Under the pieces are notes generated by a model. The model made no database searches. It worked only from the letters and a program-made list of their open reading frames with translations, and had not been told where the DNA came from. Shown here piece after piece: positions 16,576 through 20,035 of a DNA stretch of 20,035 nt; within the stretch, counting starts at the first letter, position 1; every line of letters begins with the position of its first letter. Origin of the DNA: Candidatus Hydrogenedentota bacterium (GTDB taxonomy: Bacteria > Hydrogenedentota > Hydrogenedentia > Hydrogenedentales > JAEUWI01). Made by a program: the position numbers and the translations under genes. The stretch is taken from contig JAXMOL010000079.1 in assembly GCA_034669905.1 (NCBI GenBank), positions 1 to 20,035 on the forward strand, read 5' to 3'.

Positions 16576-17361
16576 TCAGGGGGAGGCTGGGGCGGGTTTC
16601 GCGCACATCTGATCCAGCCAAACCAGCACCTGTCCCATGGACTCCGATGCCGTCGTGAAGATATCGGCCCCAAAGGCCGTTCCGGGGTAAACCCGCACTT
16701 CCACATGACCCGGAGCCACCCGTTGCAGTGAGGCCCCCGTAGCGGCCGCGTAATCGTCCCGTTCGGACCATACGAGCAGGGTCGGTCGGGTCCGCATCGT
16801 CGCCATCAAGGCATCGGCCTCCAGTCCATAATAGGATTTCCCGGCGGAAAGGAGTACAACCCCCTGCACGTCCCGGTGGCTTTGGGTGTAGCTCAAGGCG
16901 AGATTTGCCCCAAAACCCTCGCCCACCAGAAACAGATTGTCCGGGGAGGCCCCCAGCGCCTGAAGGCGACCGAGCGCCGCATCAATATCCAGGGCAACGG
17001 ACTGCCAATCCCCGTCATCAAACTGGCGGAAATCGCGGTAGGGCCCCTGCGCACTTGCACTGTCACCATGCCCCCGCAGGTCCATCGTGACGACCAGGTA
17101 GCCCCACTGCTGTGCGCGTGCGGCGAAGGCGTCCCACCGATGGCGGTCGGCGGCGGCCCCGTGGATGAGCACGAGTCCGGGCGGCGCCGACTGGGTCGGA
17201 AGGTAGGCCTGACCCACCAGGCGCACGCCGTCGCTGGTGGTGAAGCTTTCGGCGGTGTCGACCAACGCGGTGCGCGGGGAACACCCGGCGAGGGCCCACA
17301 GCCCGAAGAACGCACAAAGAAAAAGCGGAAACGAACGCCGTCCGTTTCCGCCCTGAATCAC
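16576..17361 (-). CDS. Alpha/beta hydrolase-fold lipoprotein, probably catalytically inactive
   Basis: Lipobox LAGC; TSDGVRL.G, LVLIHG, DLRGHGDS; nucleophile elbow GEGFG has no Ser; GTG start at 17361, 4 nt after the SCP2 stop (start uncertain). Confidence 0.82.
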   Translation of the reverse strand: MIQGGNGRRSFPLFLCAFFGLWALAGCSPRTALVDTAESFTTSDGVRLVGQAYLPTQSAPPGLVLIHGAAADRHRWDAFAARAQQWGYLVVTMDLRGHGDSASAQGPYRDFRQFDDGDWQSVALDIDAALGRLQALGASPDNLFLVGEGFGANLALSYTQSHRDVQGVVLLSAGKSYYGLEADALMATMRTRPTLLVWSERDDYAAATGASLQRVAPGHVEVRVYPGTAFGADIFTTASESMGQVLVWLDQMCAKPAPASP

Positions 17362-17365
17362 ATGT

Positions 17366-17689
17366 TTAACCGAGACTGAAAACACTCTGCAGTTTCAACG
17401 CCAGGGCCATGTCGCCCTTGATCTTGAGTTTACCCGTCATGAAGGCCATCTGGCCATTCAATTTACCCTGCAGCAAGTTGATGAAGTTGGACGCTTCCAT
17501 CGTAATCGTGATGCTGGGATTCTCCGACGTGCCTTCGTGGACGATGGCGTCACCGTTGGCGATAACGATATACCACTGACCACCACCGTCGCCGGTGATA
17601 TCGAACTGATAGATACAATCCATGCCTTGGATTTTGTCTTTATTGACTTTTTCCGGCACCTGATCAAAAAATGCAGCTACTTCCGACAT
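17366..17689 (-). CDS. SCP2 sterol-binding domain protein
   Basis: YQFDITGDGGGQW, LLQGKLNGQMAFMTGKLKIKGDMALALKL; AGGAGG RBS. Confidence 0.93.
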   Translation of the reverse strand: MSEVAAFFDQVPEKVNKDKIQGMDCIYQFDITGDGGGQWYIVIANGDAIVHEGTSENPSITITMEASNFINLLQGKLNGQMAFMTGKLKIKGDMALALKLQSVFSLG

Positions 17690-18049
17690 ATGTGATTACG
17701 CCTCCTGAGGGTAGTCTTCCGCTGATGGAGAAATATTAACGACCATTAAGTACGATTAAACCACACCCCCGGGGGATGGTCAAGGATTCTCACCAAGTGT
17801 ATCAACTGCACCGTCACCACCAAACGGTACTGTAGCAAAGGGCGAAAGCCGATGCAACGCGGCACACGCGTTCTGACACCTCCAATATGGGTGATGGTGG
17901 AATCCTGCGATTCCAGGCAGCCTCGGTTTGTCTTCGGGGACGGGATTCCCTATGCTATGTTTTATCGGGTCGTTGTACCTGTTCCATCGCCCGTGTACAT
18001 TGTCGTCCTTCGGACCCGCGGTCCATTCTTCATTCAATCAGGAGTATCT

Positions 18050-18748
18050 ATGTCAGAGCTTAGCGCGCCCGATACGGTCTGTCATCAATCCGACCGTGAC
18101 GCCCGTCTCTCGCTGGAAACCTTGCTGACCTATCTGCCGCCATCGGCACAGCGGGTGCTCGATTGTACGGGCGCGCTGTCCCAACGGGGGGCCACGCTGA
18201 AAGGTCACGGCATCCCAGAAGCAATAGGGCTGGTAGACGCCTCGGCCGGCACGCCCGAGGGCGACGAAGGCTACGACAGGCTCACCCACGGCCCTCTCGA
18301 CTTTACGCCACTGGACTTTGAAGACGGCACCTTCGATTGCATCCTCCTGACCCACGTGCTGGAACGACTCCGCAATCCCGAGGCCTTTCTGAAACCCCTG
18401 ATGAAGTGCCTCAACCAGGAGGGACTGGTGGTGCTTACGGTGCCGAACCTGCAATACCACAAGACGGTCTTCATGTTGAGCGAGGGGCGCTGGGCCTATG
18501 GGGAAAGCGGCGTGATGGATCGCAAGAATCTCCGCTTTTACACAGCCCACGAGGTGCGCTGGCTACTCCAACGATTGGGTTTTACCAACGTACGTTTCGC
18601 GAGTCTCGTGGGTGACGATGCAACGGCCCTGCCCCGTGACGCCGAGGGCTATATTCACCACGGGGATGTGAAGGCCGGCCCCTTGAGTGATGAACAGTTG
18701 GCGTCCTGGCTCACGGAATACTACCTGGTGCTGGCCACCCGCTCCTGA
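18050..18748 (+). CDS. Class I SAM-dependent methyltransferase-like protein
   Basis: FDCILLTHVLERLRNP..FLK....LNQEGLVVLTVPN, G.W.Y...G.MDRKNLRFYT; AGGAG RBS before ATG 18050. Confidence 0.82.
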   Translation: MSELSAPDTVCHQSDRDARLSLETLLTYLPPSAQRVLDCTGALSQRGATLKGHGIPEAIGLVDASAGTPEGDEGYDRLTHGPLDFTPLDFEDGTFDCILLTHVLERLRNPEAFLKPLMKCLNQEGLVVLTVPNLQYHKTVFMLSEGRWAYGESGVMDRKNLRFYTAHEVRWLLQRLGFTNVRFASLVGDDATALPRDAEGYIHHGDVKAGPLSDEQLASWLTEYYLVLATRS

Positions 18749-18766
18749 CCTCCCCTGGAGACTGAT

Positions 18767-19636
18767 GTGATGTACCCTTCCATTCGTGATGACATGCTGA
18801 AGGTTTTTGACAGCCCCCTGGCGGGCTTGCGTCATCTGGGCTTGGACGCCATCGAGTTAGAAATTGACCGGGACCTGCGGGTCGTGAATTTGCTTGGGGG
18901 CGAGAGGGTCGACCTGGGCGCCGACTCTGCGCGCCGGGATTATGGCACCGTGCTCGCCGAAAACAATATCCGGGTGGCCGGTCTACTGACCATGTGCGAC
19001 TTCAGCGCAGCCGACCCCGAAAGCAACGTGGCGTGGATGGCCCGTGCGGTGGAGATCGCGGCCGACCTGGGTGCGGACAATGTGCGCGTGGACACGGCCA
19101 TGACGGAGGAGCAATCCCACTCCTTCGGCTACCGGGTGGACGTCTTTGTCCGCGACCTCGGCGAAGTCATCGGGCGCACACCGGGCGTTCCCGTGGCACT
19201 CGGCATGGAGAACCATGGTTTTCAGGGGAACAACCTCGCCTTCCTGCTCAACATCATTCAGGACATCGCATCGGAGCGCATCGGCGTGACGCTGGACACG
19301 GGGAATTTTTACTGGCGGGGCTATCCCTTGTCGGAGGTCTACGGCATCTTGAAAGTCCTCGCCCCCTACGCCAAGCACACCCACCTGAAGAACATCAATT
19401 ACCCCGAGGCCATGCGGGAGACCTCACGAGAAAGTGGCTACGAATACATGCGTTACTTATCTGCATTGGAAGACGGCGATATTGATCACGCCGTGGTGGT
19501 GAATCTGTTGCGGCAGGCGGGATACGCGGGCGATCTCTGCATTGAGAATGAGTCGCTGGAAAACTTCGAAACGACGGCGGAAAAAATCGCCGTGCTGGAA
19601 CGGGATGCCGTCCACGTTAAGGGATTGCTTACCTGA
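18767..19636 (+). CDS. Sugar phosphate isomerase/epimerase (xylose isomerase-like TIM barrel)
   Basis: Metal-binding motifs MENHG, LDTGN, HTHLK, GDID, GYAGDLCIENE; GGAG RBS; start GTG 18767 or ATG 18770. Confidence 0.88.
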   Translation: MMYPSIRDDMLKVFDSPLAGLRHLGLDAIELEIDRDLRVVNLLGGERVDLGADSARRDYGTVLAENNIRVAGLLTMCDFSAADPESNVAWMARAVEIAADLGADNVRVDTAMTEEQSHSFGYRVDVFVRDLGEVIGRTPGVPVALGMENHGFQGNNLAFLLNIIQDIASERIGVTLDTGNFYWRGYPLSEVYGILKVLAPYAKHTHLKNINYPEAMRETSRESGYEYMRYLSALEDGDIDHAVVVNLLRQAGYAGDLCIENESLENFETTAEKIAVLERDAVHVKGLLT

Positions 19637-19649
19637 CGTTTTGCCGCCA

Positions 19650-19742
19650 CCCGCTACGCGGGCTTGTCCCGTCTTTCGTGCGTATTCCTGGGGTTCCGCT
19701 GCGCTCCACCCCAGGCTTTAGGCCATCATCCGCTACGCGGAT
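19650..19742. repeat. REP-like palindrome cluster
   Basis: cccgc-tac-gcggg (19650-19662), cctgggg...ccccagg (19687-19715), atccgc-tac-gcggat (19728-19742). Confidence 0.8.
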
Positions 19743-19976
19743 TAAAAGGGGGCTCACTTTTAGTCTTGACCAAGTATCGAGGCGCCACTTCCATGTAGAA
19801 ACCAACCGTCGGAACCAGCGCAAATACAGCATCTGAAAAGTACCGATATAATTGGGGTGGTCGAAAAGTGAAGCGTCCTTGATAGCCTTTTCTGGAATCA
19901 GGCATAGGGTATTGCCCACTTAGCGCGGAGGAGGCGGTGGAAACCGCCGCACCAATGCGTCCGATCATTGCAGTCT

Positions 19977-20035
19977 ACCCGCGAAGCGGGTCGCGGCCTA
20001 AAGCCTGGGGTGAAGCGAGGAACGAGCGAACCCCA
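19977..20035. repeat. Inverted copy of the same REP-like element (truncated by window end)
   Basis: ggcctaaagcctggggtg (19995-20012) is the exact reverse complement of 19707-19724; acccgc-gaa-gcgggt at 19977-19991. Confidence 0.8.

Overview
GC-rich bacterial chromosomal window; gene content (PEP-CTERM, DUF2961, exported CxxCH protein) is compatible with a PVC/Hydrogenedentes-like lineage, which is only an inference. In order: pepF C-terminus, a PEP-CTERM protein with a sigma54-like promoter, a serine-hydrolase/glycoside-hydrolase-like fusion, a DUF2961/GH172-like protein, a strongly self-complementary intergenic region (6044-6320), a thioredoxin-like protein, a CxxCH protein, an internally duplicated 592-aa orphan gene, xerC, topA, DUF494, an apparently catalytically dead alpha/beta hydrolase lipoprotein, SCP2, a methyltransferase-like protein, a sugar-phosphate isomerase and REP-like repeats at the right end. 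The most unusual structure is the pair of non-coding arrays of ~248-bp palindromic units (2 copies at 8575-9031, 3 at 11061-11794) that flank the orphan gene in direct orientation next to xerC. The units are built from one ~15-bp motif in alternating orientation and are mosaic between the arrays. All calls are by eye, without database searches.
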